In this document: positions 7,710 to 15,716 of the stretch, one piece after another
Position numbering within the stretch: position 1 is the first letter of the stretch
Layout of the letters: each line of letters begins with the position of its first letter
From: a virus
Lineage: Duplodnaviria; Caudoviricetes
Strand: one strand, 5' to 3'
Virus record (IMG/VR): IMGVR_UViG_3300005805_000449
Coordinates: 1-25,282 of that record
Length of the DNA stretch: 25,282 nucleotides
The notes under the pieces: model-generated
What the model was told of the DNA's origin: nothing
Database searches by the model: none
Seen by the model: only the letters and a program-made list of their open reading frames with translations
Program-made: the position numbers and the translations under genes

Positions 7710-7742
7710 GGTTGGTTGATGGTGGTGGACGGTGGGGCGTGA

Positions 7743-8354
7743 TCAGTCGTCGTAGACCCAGCAGCGGTTTTCCTCATCCCAATACTTCCCGCCGCTCTGT
7801 CGCTTGTGTTCCTCCAGATAGACCTCGTACTTTCCGTCTCGGAGCCAGCGAAACAGGTCAGGAAGGCTGCCCACGAACTCGCCGGCTGCCATCTTCCGCT
7901 TCTGCTCCTCTATCGCCCTTGTAGCGGCTCTCAGAAGGGTCTCAGGGCCTTCCAGCGCCACAATACCCTTCCACTCGTCGTAGGCCTTGGGTTTCGTCTG
8001 AGATGAGACGCGATCAGGGGCTGACTGGTACAGCTTCCAGAACTCGTTGAACTCCTCGGAATATTCCGGGCGCTTCCGGGATTTCCCGGTTTTCTTAGCC
8101 GTTTTCGTTAATTTAACAGCCGTACTATTAATATTATTAGAAGATAATTCTTTTAAAGAAGAAGTATCAATAATATTATTAATAGAAGAAGAGGCTTCGC
8201 TTCCCTTCGGTCGCTCCGCCAGCGTAACGTCCCTGTCAACCCCTAGCTCGATCAAATAGGCACAAAACCCAGTCAGTGACATGGTTCTGGGCTTGTAACG
8301 CTCCAAGTCATAGACCAAATCATCCGGTAATCGGAGAAAAACACCCTTAGCCAT
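7743..8354 (-). CDS. Phage replication initiator / replisome organiser-like protein with N-terminal RHH-like motif
   Basis: EEFNEFWKLY...KPKAYDEWK...LPDLFRWLRDGKY resembles initiator C-terminal domains; S/N/I/K-rich linker encoded by AT-rich DNA. Confidence 0.7.
   Translation of the reverse strand: MAKGVFLRLPDDLVYDLERYKPRTMSLTGFCAYLIELGVDRDVTLAERPKGSEASSSINNIIDTSSLKELSSNNINSTAVKLTKTAKKTGKSRKRPEYSEEFNEFWKLYQSAPDRVSSQTKPKAYDEWKGIVALEGPETLLRAATRAIEEQKRKMAAGEFVGSLPDLFRWLRDGKYEVYLEEHKRQSGGKYWDEENRCWVYDD
8107..8192. other. Candidate replication origin inside the initiator gene
   Basis: Sharp AT-rich island; TAATATTATTA at 8129-8139 and 8171-8181; palindrome AATAATATTATT 8169-8180; inverted repeat 8125-8133/8177-8185. 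Confidence 0.6.
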
Positions 8355-8576
8355 TGTTTGCGGTTAGTAGCAGAAAATTTCAGAGAGCAAGGAATTGCTA
8401 GCAAAGCTAGCGGGCACAAGATTAGCCAGATTTCCGGGGCTGACAAGCCCTTCGCGCCATCTTCCAGAAAGTCTTCATATCCCCCAAGCCCGTCCCAAGT
8501 GCCACAAGATGAGACGCGCTAGCTTCCATTCTCTTTGCTTTGGGTTTATCCTGTTCGTATCAATTTCTCCGCAAAC

Positions 8577-8894
8577 TTGGCACGCTCAACTGCTGCCGAA
8601 GTCAACTTCCGCGTTGACACTGTTTACGGTCTTTTGACCGAAGGACAATCGCGTGGTCAGATTGTTCAATTCGGATCGAATCAGTGGAAATGCTCGGCCA
8701 GACAAGTTGACGAATACATCCAACGCGCACGAATCCGCCTAGAAGAAGACGCCGCCATGACCCGACCCTCGTGGATTGCCGAAGCCCTAGGCCGTGCTCG
8801 TACCTACGAACAGTCCGCTTACAAGCGTGGTCAAACTCAAGTTGCCCTTAACGCCATCCAGCTTCAAGCCAAATTGATCGGCCTTGAAATTTGA
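8577..8894 (+). CDS. Probable terminase small subunit (105 aa)
   Basis: HTH-like N-terminus, 4-nt overlap with terL; TTG start at 8577 proposed (MARSTAAEV...). Confidence 0.65.
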   Translation: MARSTAAEVNFRVDTVYGLLTEGQSRGQIVQFGSNQWKCSARQVDEYIQRARIRLEEDAAMTRPSWIAEALGRARTYEQSAYKRGQTQVALNAIQLQAKLIGLEI

Positions 8895-10231
8895 GCCTCC
8901 TCGCCAACGCTCCCGGTGGCTTCCTTCTTGATCCACCGTCAAGCCAAGCCTCAGGACCAACAGCCCAACAGGCTTTAGATCGCATTCGGCAAACGCTGCT
9001 GCCGCATCAACTGGCCTTCTGCGACGACACTGAGCACCGCAAGCTTGCCCTTGTCTGCGGGTTCGGTGCCGGCAAGACCCATGGCCTCGTAGCCAAGGCC
9101 GTTCACATGGCAGCCCTCAATATCGGTCACGTCAGCGCCCTGTTTGAACCTGTCGCCCCGATGCTGCGTGACATCCTGCAGCGCACCATGGATGACCTGC
9201 TGGAAGAGTGGGAGATCCCTTTTGACTTCCGCGTTAGCCCGCTGCCGGAATACACCCTGCACTTTGCCGAAGGCAGCCACACCATCCTTCTGCGGACGAT
9301 GGAGACATGGAACCGCATTCGTGGGCAGAACCTCTGCGCCATTGGCTTTGACGAGGCCGATACGGCAAACAAGCGGGTAGCAGAGCAGGCAACACGGATG
9401 GCTCTGGCCCGTCTTCGTGCTGGCAATGTGCAGCAGTTTTACGCCGCCACCACGCCAGAGGGTTACGGCTGGGCATTCGATACGTTCGACCGCAACGCCG
9501 GTGAAGACACGGCCCTGATCCGTGCTCGCACTATGGATAACCCATACCTGCCCGACGGGTTTGTTGACAGCCTGATGGCGAATTATCCGCCGCAGCTAAT
9601 CAAGTCGTACCTTGAAGGCCAATGGGTGAACTTAAATACCGGCCAGGTGTACGACAGGTTTGATCGTGCAAAGCACGTAGTCGCAACCGTTAATGACTTC
9701 AGTAACGAACCATTGCGTGTGGGCGTTGACTTCAACGTTGCCAATATGTCTGCCGTGATTGGTGTTAGGAATGGCAACAGACTCACGATTGTTGATGAAA
9801 TTAGCGGCGCACATGACACTGATGCATTGGCGCAAGAAATTAAGCGTCGTTATCCGCATCATCGTGTTTACGTTTACCCTGACGCCTCAGGCGGCAATCG
9901 CTCCACCAACGCCACCCGCACTGACATTCAGATTTTGGAGTCCTACGGGTTTAGCAATCAATCTGGGCGGTCTAACCCTGCCGTTCGTGACCGTGTGGCC
10001 GCCGTTCAGGCACTGCTGGAAAACGGGAAGGGCGAGGTGCGGTTGACCGTGGCGCAGGGCTGCACGCGGTTGATCGAGTGTCTGGAGCTGCAGAGCTGGA
10101 CAGAGAAGGGCGAGCCGGACAAGGAGGCTGGGCACGATCACATGGTTGATGCCTTGGGGTACGTGGTCTGGCGTGAGTTCAACCCGCTACAGGCAAACGC
10201 GGGCCGTGGCACTGGCATCAGGCTGTATTGA
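8891..10231 (+). CDS. terL: Terminase large subunit
   Basis: LLPHQ adenine motif, Walker A GFGAGKT, Walker B IGFDE, TTPEG, nuclease motifs GVDFN, DASG, DHMVDALGY. Confidence 0.97.
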   Translation: MSLLANAPGGFLLDPPSSQASGPTAQQALDRIRQTLLPHQLAFCDDTEHRKLALVCGFGAGKTHGLVAKAVHMAALNIGHVSALFEPVAPMLRDILQRTMDDLLEEWEIPFDFRVSPLPEYTLHFAEGSHTILLRTMETWNRIRGQNLCAIGFDEADTANKRVAEQATRMALARLRAGNVQQFYAATTPEGYGWAFDTFDRNAGEDTALIRARTMDNPYLPDGFVDSLMANYPPQLIKSYLEGQWVNLNTGQVYDRFDRAKHVVATVNDFSNEPLRVGVDFNVANMSAVIGVRNGNRLTIVDEISGAHDTDALAQEIKRRYPHHRVYVYPDASGGNRSTNATRTDIQILESYGFSNQSGRSNPAVRDRVAAVQALLENGKGEVRLTVAQGCTRLIECLELQSWTEKGEPDKEAGHDHMVDALGYVVWREFNPLQANAGRGTGIRLY

Positions 10232-10264
10232 TTGGGTATATTCCCGCCGTTTGGCTGGGATCTG

Positions 10265-10453
10265 GTGCGCGTCTTCAAGTTCCGCACGGTCAAGGCTGTT
10301 CGCTCGGTGCTGCTGCACAACGGTGGCTGGCTTGACGTGATCCGCGATGACCGGCAACTGCAGTACGCGCCGCGCCTGTCTGCTGATCAGTCTGAGCCGT
10401 ACGGGCCGTGGGATCGGCTTGGCCTGCTGGAATGGGCGCACGACAATTTGTGA
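10265..10453 (+). CDS. Hypothetical protein (about 62 aa, MRVFKFRTVKAV...)
   Basis: GTG start proposed; phage-like codon usage. Confidence 0.6.
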   Translation: MRVFKFRTVKAVRSVLLHNGGWLDVIRDDRQLQYAPRLSADQSEPYGPWDRLGLLEWAHDNL

Positions 10454-10470
10454 ACTGACCACTGGGGTGC

Positions 10471-10536
10471 TTGCCAAGCCCAAGGGGTATACCCCATAAT
10501 TAAGGGACAGGGGGCGACCCCACCACACACAAGACC
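10471..10536 (+). promoter_or_regulatory. Moron promoter with palindromic operator candidate and GCGA hairpin leader
   Basis: TTGCCA (10471-10476)-N18-CATAAT (10495-10500); perfect palindrome GGGGTATACCCC 10484-10495; GGGG-GCGA-CCCC 10510-10521. Confidence 0.72.
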
Positions 10537-10707
10537 ATGACCCGCCAAGAAATCGCCTGCGCCATCCAAGAGAACGCCAAGATGGCTGAGTTCTTCAAGG
10601 CGCGTAACGCTGAGGGCGACGCAGCAAAAGCCCAGCAGTGCCTTGAGTGGAACATTCGTCTGCTTTCCGCGCAGCCCGACGACGACACCCACTTTGACAA
10701 CATCTGA
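10537..10707 (+). CDS. Moron-encoded small protein (56 aa, MTRQEIACAIQENAKMAEFFKARN...DDDTHFDNI)
   Basis: Read manually; bracketed by its own promoter and terminator; strong codon bias. Confidence 0.82.
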   Translation: MTRQEIACAIQENAKMAEFFKARNAEGDAAKAQQCLEWNIRLLSAQPDDDTHFDNI

Positions 10708-10712
10708 TCACC

Positions 10713-10737
10713 GGCCCCTTCGGGGGCTTTTTCTTTT
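10713..10737 (+). terminator. Rho-independent terminator
   Basis: GCCCC-TTCG-GGGGC stem with cUUCGg loop followed by TTTTTCTTTT. Confidence 0.9.
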
Positions 10738-10768
10738 GCCGCTACCCTGAAGCCGCCGCAACACCACA

Positions 10769-10957
10769 ATGTCTGCACCCCTTTGGCGCGATCTTGAAGC
10801 CGCCTTCGATTCAACCGTTGACGACGCCTGTTACGAGTTCAACGAGGCCGCTTCCGCCATGCTCACCGCCATTCAGCAGTGGCTCTACGACGAAGGCTTT
10901 GACGAAGCTGCCGAGGCCCTAGAAGATGAAATCAGCCGCGCTGACGAAGGCGAATAA
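10769..10957 (+). CDS. Very acidic small protein (62 aa)
   Basis: 18 Asp/Glu versus 2 Arg and no Lys. Confidence 0.78.
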   Translation: MSAPLWRDLEAAFDSTVDDACYEFNEAASAMLTAIQQWLYDEGFDEAAEALEDEISRADEGE

Positions 10958-10967
10958 ACTGCCATCG

Positions 10968-11024
10968 CTGGGTCGGTTCTGTCCGTAAGGCTGAACGCCG
11001 TGTGTGGCGGTATCGGAGGCCCGG
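10968..11024 (+). ncRNA. Candidate structured RNA element (three-way junction) upstream of portal
   Basis: Closing stem CTGGGTC/GGCCCGG, GTTC/GAAC arm capped by CC-GTAA-GG, GCCG/TGGC arm; manual fold only. Confidence 0.4.
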
Positions 11025-11080
11025 CCATTATTTACAACTAACCTAGAGCCATAGAATTTGTGTATGGCTAGGCGCAAAGA

Positions 11081-12571
11081 ATGACCTACACCGGTTTTCG
11101 GCATTACGACCGGCTGCTGACGCGCACAGCAACGCAGGTGCAAGACCCCAACGGTGCTTGGGCTGCACAGGAAGCACATTGGATATTGATTGAAGACCTA
11201 CTGGAAGGCACTTACGGAATGCGGCGCAAGCATCGCCGTTACCTGCCGCAGGAACCCCGCGAACAAGACGAGTCCTACGACAACCGTTTGGCCCGTTCAG
11301 TGTGCCCGCCGTATTACCAGCGCCTTGAGCGGATGCTGGCCGGCATGTTGACCCGTAAGCCGGTGCGTCTTGACGATGTGCCCGATGTTCTGCGCGAACA
11401 ACTGTTTGATGTAGACCTGCAGGGCAATGACCTGAATATTTTTGTCTACGAGCTGGCCAGAAAAATGGTCCGCTACGGTCACGCCGGCGTTTTAGTTGAT
11501 TTCCCTTCTGACTCTGAAGACGAACTGCAGAACATCACCGACGCTGCCAACCTTCGTCCTTATTGGGTCACCTATACCCCGCGTGACATCCTTGGTTGGC
11601 GCTCTGAAGTAACCAACGGCGCCCAGCGTCTGACCATGCTGCGCCTGATGGAGCGGGTAGTGGTGCCCGACGGTGAATTTGGCGAAAAGTACGTTGAACA
11701 GGTTCGTGTCCTGCGTCCGGGCTCCTATCAAGTCTTCCGCCAAGACGACACCAAGGGTGCGTTCACTGAAGTTGCCTCCGGCACCACCAGCCTTGATTAC
11801 ATCCCCTTTGCTGTTGCCTACGCAAACCGCGCTGGCCTGCTGGAATCCCGCCCGCCGCTGGAAGACATTGCAGAGCTAAACCTGAAGACCTACCAGATCC
11901 AAAGCGATCTAGACAACATGCTGCACATCAGCGCCGTGCCGATGCTGGCGTTGTTTGGCTTCCCAAGTTCCGCCGAGGAAATCAGCGCCGGCCCGTCTGA
12001 AGCCCTTGCCCTTCCTGCCGAGGGTCGCGCCGAGTACATCGAACCGGGTGGCCGCAGCTTTGAGGCTCAGTTCCGTCGCCTTGAGCAGATCGCCGCGCAG
12101 ATCAACGAATTGGGTCTGTCTGCTGTGCTGGGCCAGAAGCTGAGCGCCGAAACTGCCGAGGCCAAGCGGATTGACCGCAGCCAAGGCGACAGCACCATGA
12201 TGGTCATTGCTCAACAGGTTCAGGATCTAATCGACAACTGCCTGCGGTATCACGCCGACTTCCTTGGCCTGCCGCAATCGGGCAGCAGCTTCGTTAATCG
12301 TGACTTCATTGCTGCACGCCTTGAGCCCGCCGAAATCCTTGCCCTGCTGCAGACCTACACCGCTGGCGTGATCAGCCAGAAGACGCTGTTGGATCAACTG
12401 GCCGAAGGCGAAGTGCTGGGCGATGACTTCGACGTTGAGGAAGAACTGGAAGCCACCCAGACCGGCGGGTTGATTGAAATGGGCGGCCCTGAAAACCTTG
12501 GCAGTGAGGATGTCATCGGTGAGGAGATGACCCAAGAGGACAACGAAGAGCCCGTAGCGTCCGCTCAATAA
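11081..12571 (+). CDS. Portal protein (DUF4055-type)
   Basis: YLPQEPREQDESYDNRLARS, DVDLQGNDL, PPLEDIAELNL, AETAEAKRID; size and position. Confidence 0.93.
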   Translation: MTYTGFRHYDRLLTRTATQVQDPNGAWAAQEAHWILIEDLLEGTYGMRRKHRRYLPQEPREQDESYDNRLARSVCPPYYQRLERMLAGMLTRKPVRLDDVPDVLREQLFDVDLQGNDLNIFVYELARKMVRYGHAGVLVDFPSDSEDELQNITDAANLRPYWVTYTPRDILGWRSEVTNGAQRLTMLRLMERVVVPDGEFGEKYVEQVRVLRPGSYQVFRQDDTKGAFTEVASGTTSLDYIPFAVAYANRAGLLESRPPLEDIAELNLKTYQIQSDLDNMLHISAVPMLALFGFPSSAEEISAGPSEALALPAEGRAEYIEPGGRSFEAQFRRLEQIAAQINELGLSAVLGQKLSAETAEAKRIDRSQGDSTMMVIAQQVQDLIDNCLRYHADFLGLPQSGSSFVNRDFIAARLEPAEILALLQTYTAGVISQKTLLDQLAEGEVLGDDFDVEEELEATQTGGLIEMGGPENLGSEDVIGEEMTQEDNEEPVASAQ

Positions 12572-12608
12572 CTTCCCATTACAATCAAGTCAGGTTTTTG
12601 GTTGAGTC

Positions 12609-13358
12609 ATGGCAGCTCGTCGTTATGCCCGTGACAACAAAGGGCGCTTTGCTCCTGCTGGACAAGGTGCCACGGCGCGAGGTGGGCGACTGCGAACGGC
12701 TGCCGGGAATAAACGCGCCACTCAAACAAAGGAAATTAACAAATCAAAACCATCAAATACTGTTGCTAAGCCTAAAAACCTCAAGGCTGATAAAAATGCA
12801 ATGGTAAAAATTGAGACGAATCAACGTTTGAGAGCTAGAGCGGCTGCGAGGGCTTCTGAAATGACCGCCAAACCAAGCGACAGTAACGCAACAACCGCAA
12901 AACCGACAACTCAAAAACAACGATGGGCTGCAAGGTCAGCCAAGCTAAGCGAAGCTGCTGCAAAAAACGAAGCAAAAGCCAAGCGTATGTTTGAAGCTGC
13001 GAACACCGCTGGAAATACTGCTTTTAATACGCAATCTGGACGTATTCCTGGACGCGCACGCATGAACGCACAAACTGAACGGTCCTTTCAGTTACAAGAA
13101 AAAGCCGCACAGCAAAGATCAAGAGCGGCAAACCTTGAGAGAATGGCGACCACCAATAAAGGTGACGCGGCCAAGGCAAGAACACAAAAGGCTGAAGCAA
13201 TCAAAGCGAGCCATAAAGGGCTTAAGAAGGGCGACACCATTGAAGGCACCCTATACGGGGTACGTGAAGTCGTTAAGGTGAACGCAAAAAGTGTTACCGT
13301 TAAAGGTGGAATTAAAAACTTTACGATTCCATGGGAGTTCATTAAACCCAAAACTTAA
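12609..13358 (+). CDS. Basic Ala/Lys/Arg-rich protein with RDxxGRF N-terminus and DUF3560-like C-terminal half
   Basis: YARDNKGRFA; AFNTQSG..., KGDTIEGTLYGVREVVKVNAKSVTV; family similarity from memory. Confidence 0.7.
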   Translation: MAARRYARDNKGRFAPAGQGATARGGRLRTAAGNKRATQTKEINKSKPSNTVAKPKNLKADKNAMVKIETNQRLRARAAARASEMTAKPSDSNATTAKPTTQKQRWAARSAKLSEAAAKNEAKAKRMFEAANTAGNTAFNTQSGRIPGRARMNAQTERSFQLQEKAAQQRSRAANLERMATTNKGDAAKARTQKAEAIKASHKGLKKGDTIEGTLYGVREVVKVNAKSVTVKGGIKNFTIPWEFIKPKT

Positions 13359-13392
13359 TTTTTGTTAATTTTGTGGTAAATTGTTTTTCGCC

Positions 13393-13530
13393 ATGGAAAA
13401 TTTTCTCTTTTGCTTGACTGAGCTAATAAGCGAATCTAACTTGCCTGCTGCCGAGCTTATTGGTTGCCTTGAAATCGCCAAGGCGGAACTTCTTGAGTCT
13501 CTTTTTGCCAACTCCGAAAATGAAGCCTGA
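13393..13530 (+). CDS. Small acidic protein (45 aa, MENFLFCLTELISES...)
   Basis: Read manually; fills the gap; AELIGCLEIAKAELL amphipathic helix. Confidence 0.65.
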   Translation: MENFLFCLTELISESNLPAAELIGCLEIAKAELLESLFANSENEA

Positions 13531-13648
13531 AATCACTGCTGTTGGTCGCCTCTTGAAGAAAAAAGGCGACGCGCCTCGGATTCACAAGGTCATCGCCGTG
13601 AAATCTGACGGCCAAGTGCGTACCATTATTAATAAGGAAATGACCTAG
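13520..13648 (+). CDS. Small basic protein (42 aa, MKPEITAVGRLLKKK...)
   Basis: Internal ATG of track ORF 13460..13648. Confidence 0.65.
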   Translation: MKPEITAVGRLLKKKGDAPRIHKVIAVKSDGQVRTIINKEMT

Positions 13649-13658
13649 GCGGGACGCC

Positions 13659-14972
13659 ATGACCCAATCAGGCGTTACACCCCGCCTGCTCAACATTGAG
13701 CAATTCAAGCGGCGTGTCAACCGCAAAGATCCTGTTGCCAATATCTACCGCAACGCCATTGATCTAAACCGCTTCAGCAATGCTGTCGCCGGCCAAATCG
13801 TTCGTGATTACAACAGCATTATCCTTAGCGCCGTTGATGACCTGCGGCGTATTGATATTGGCGTTCCTACGGCAGGTGGTGGCATCGTTAGCCCTGCATC
13901 AGTTCAGGCACAACGGTTGCGTGTAATCCTTGCTCAACTGCGGGAATCACTAGACGGGTGGACTAATCGCAGCACGGCATATGTAGCCGGCGAGCTACAA
14001 GGTTTAGCCGAACTGCAGACCGAATTTGTTACGGATCAAATCAAACTGGCGCTAACCGGTGGTGTTGTTGACGAGCGCCAATTACTGCCGTCACAGATCA
14101 ACGCCGTAGCCCAAGTCAATACGGTTCAGGTTGCCCCGAACTTTGCCGCGACCGTCGCCACAGTTGACCCGACCGATCTGAACTTCACGCTGCCGGGCAC
14201 TGGTGGTTTCAATCTGACCGCTGGCCAAGGTGCTGCCATCACGCTGCCCAATGGTGATGTAGTGGCCAAAGCATTTCGCGGCCTAGCAGAATCTCAAGCT
14301 CAGCGGTTTAACGCCATTGTGCGAACAGGCATCTTGACGGGTGAACCTACAGCGCAGATTGCCCGCCGTCTTGTTGGCAGCCTTGAATTTGGCGAACTGG
14401 CACGTACCGCAAAGCAACAGGCCTTAGCCGGCGGCGAACTAACCAAGATGGCCGACCATCAGATCATGACCGTTGTTCGCACGAGCGTTCAGCAGGTTTC
14501 CAATGCCGCTAGCCAGCAGGTTTACGAGGCCAATGAAGACATCACCAAAAAATACCGTTGGCTTGCTGCGTTGGAGTCCAGAACTTGCCCGATCTGCCGC
14601 AACCTTGACGGCAAAGAATACAAGTACGGCAAGGGTCCAACCCCGCCAGCGCACTTCAACTGCCGCTGTACAACGATTGCAATTATTGATTACAAGGGTT
14701 TGGGAATTGATCCGCCTGATTGGGGCGTTGGCCCTTCTGTTCGCGCTAGTTCAACGGGTCAGGTTCAAGGCAATGTGACCTTTGGCCAGTGGTTACAGAA
14801 ACAGCCTGCACAGGTCAAGGAAGACACCTTGGGCAAAAGTCGCGTGCCTTATTTCAACAAACTTGCCAACAAGTACGGCCCACAGGAGGCGTTGGCGCGG
14901 ATGGTGCGCGAAGACGGCAGTGAAGTTACGCTGGCTCAGTTGCAGCAGCGGTATGGACCTCCCAAAGATTAG
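13659..14972 (+). CDS. Minor head protein, MuF / SPP1 gp7 family
   Basis: VVRTSVQQVSN, WLAALESRTCPICRNLDG, PPAHFNCRCT; no obvious C-terminal toxin extension. Confidence 0.92.
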   Translation: MTQSGVTPRLLNIEQFKRRVNRKDPVANIYRNAIDLNRFSNAVAGQIVRDYNSIILSAVDDLRRIDIGVPTAGGGIVSPASVQAQRLRVILAQLRESLDGWTNRSTAYVAGELQGLAELQTEFVTDQIKLALTGGVVDERQLLPSQINAVAQVNTVQVAPNFAATVATVDPTDLNFTLPGTGGFNLTAGQGAAITLPNGDVVAKAFRGLAESQAQRFNAIVRTGILTGEPTAQIARRLVGSLEFGELARTAKQQALAGGELTKMADHQIMTVVRTSVQQVSNAASQQVYEANEDITKKYRWLAALESRTCPICRNLDGKEYKYGKGPTPPAHFNCRCTTIAIIDYKGLGIDPPDWGVGPSVRASSTGQVQGNVTFGQWLQKQPAQVKEDTLGKSRVPYFNKLANKYGPQEALARMVREDGSEVTLAQLQQRYGPPKD

Positions 14973-15243
14973 GTATTACCTAGACGGTCGCGTTTATTCC
15001 GATTGGGTGGAGGTTGAGCACGGCGAGGCAATCATTGAAGCCAGATTGCAGAAGCTGGACAATGGCGGCATTGGCTGGGTTGATAAGTCGGGCCTAAAGT
15101 TGGATCACTTGCCGTTGCCCCATGGCCAAGAAACCGACCAAAGCCGAAAAGAAGATTGGCAAGGTGATGAAGGAATACAAGGAAGGCGAACTGCACAGCG
15201 GCAAAGCCGGAAAGGGCAAAGGCCCCGTGGTCAAAAGCCGTAA
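14953..15243 (+). CDS. Hypothetical protein (96 aa, MDLPKIRYYLDGRV...)
   Basis: Internal ATG of track ORF 14782..15243; fills the gap after MuF. Confidence 0.6.
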   Translation: MDLPKIRYYLDGRVYSDWVEVEHGEAIIEARLQKLDNGGIGWVDKSGLKLDHLPLPHGQETDQSRKEDWQGDEGIQGRRTAQRQSRKGQRPRGQKP

Positions 15244-15310
15244 ACAGGCCATTGCTATTGCCCTGAGTGAAGCCGGCAAGGCCCGCAAGCAACCCAAAGG
15301 TAAAAAGTGA
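15122..15310 (+). CDS. Lys-rich small protein, DUF6496-like
   Basis: KVMKEYKEGELHSG...VKSRKQAIAIALSEA. Confidence 0.85.
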   Translation: MAKKPTKAEKKIGKVMKEYKEGELHSGKAGKGKGPVVKSRKQAIAIALSEAGKARKQPKGKK

Positions 15311-15540
15311 TGGCTATTGGCATCGGCTCCCGCGTTAGCTGGGTTTATCAAGCCACCACCACCTACGGCGTCGTCACTGGCAAGGCTGGGCGTCGTGCCA
15401 GCATCACCGGCCCATCCGGCGGCACTGTCACCCGTGTTGGCACCGACGAAGACCCTGTATTGCGGATTGAATCGGAATCAACCGGTAATCCGGTGTTGAA
15501 GAAACGGTCAGAATTAAAAGAAGCGCCGAAACGGAAATGA
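15310..15540 (+). CDS. DUF2945 / Hva1 Tudor-like protein
   Basis: GSRVSW...GVV...VTRVGTDEDPVLRIESESTGNPVLKKRSEL. Confidence 0.75.
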   Translation: MAIGIGSRVSWVYQATTTYGVVTGKAGRRASITGPSGGTVTRVGTDEDPVLRIESESTGNPVLKKRSELKEAPKRK

Positions 15541-15716
15541 ACGGCAGAATCTGGGAAGGCAGTTGCACTTACCTCAAGTGCGCTGACGGCATGATTGAAG
15601 GCCGGTTTATTTTCCCGACGCCCAACAACCCAGAAATTCTCGGCGCATTGATGGGCAGACTGGCTGAGGGCGTTGAGGTGATCACCTGCACGGAGGACGG
15701 GGAAGATGGCGATTGA
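15537..15716 (+). CDS. Hypothetical protein (59 aa, MNGRIWEGSCTYLKC...EDGEDGD)
   Basis: Read manually; ATGA coupling; fills the gap. Confidence 0.7.
   Translation: MNGRIWEGSCTYLKCADGMIEGRFIFPTPNNPEILGALMGRLAEGVEVITCTEDGEDGD

Noticed and set aside
13659-14972. MuF polymorphic toxin
   Set aside because: C-terminus after HFNCRC is short and typical; no toxin motif recognised.
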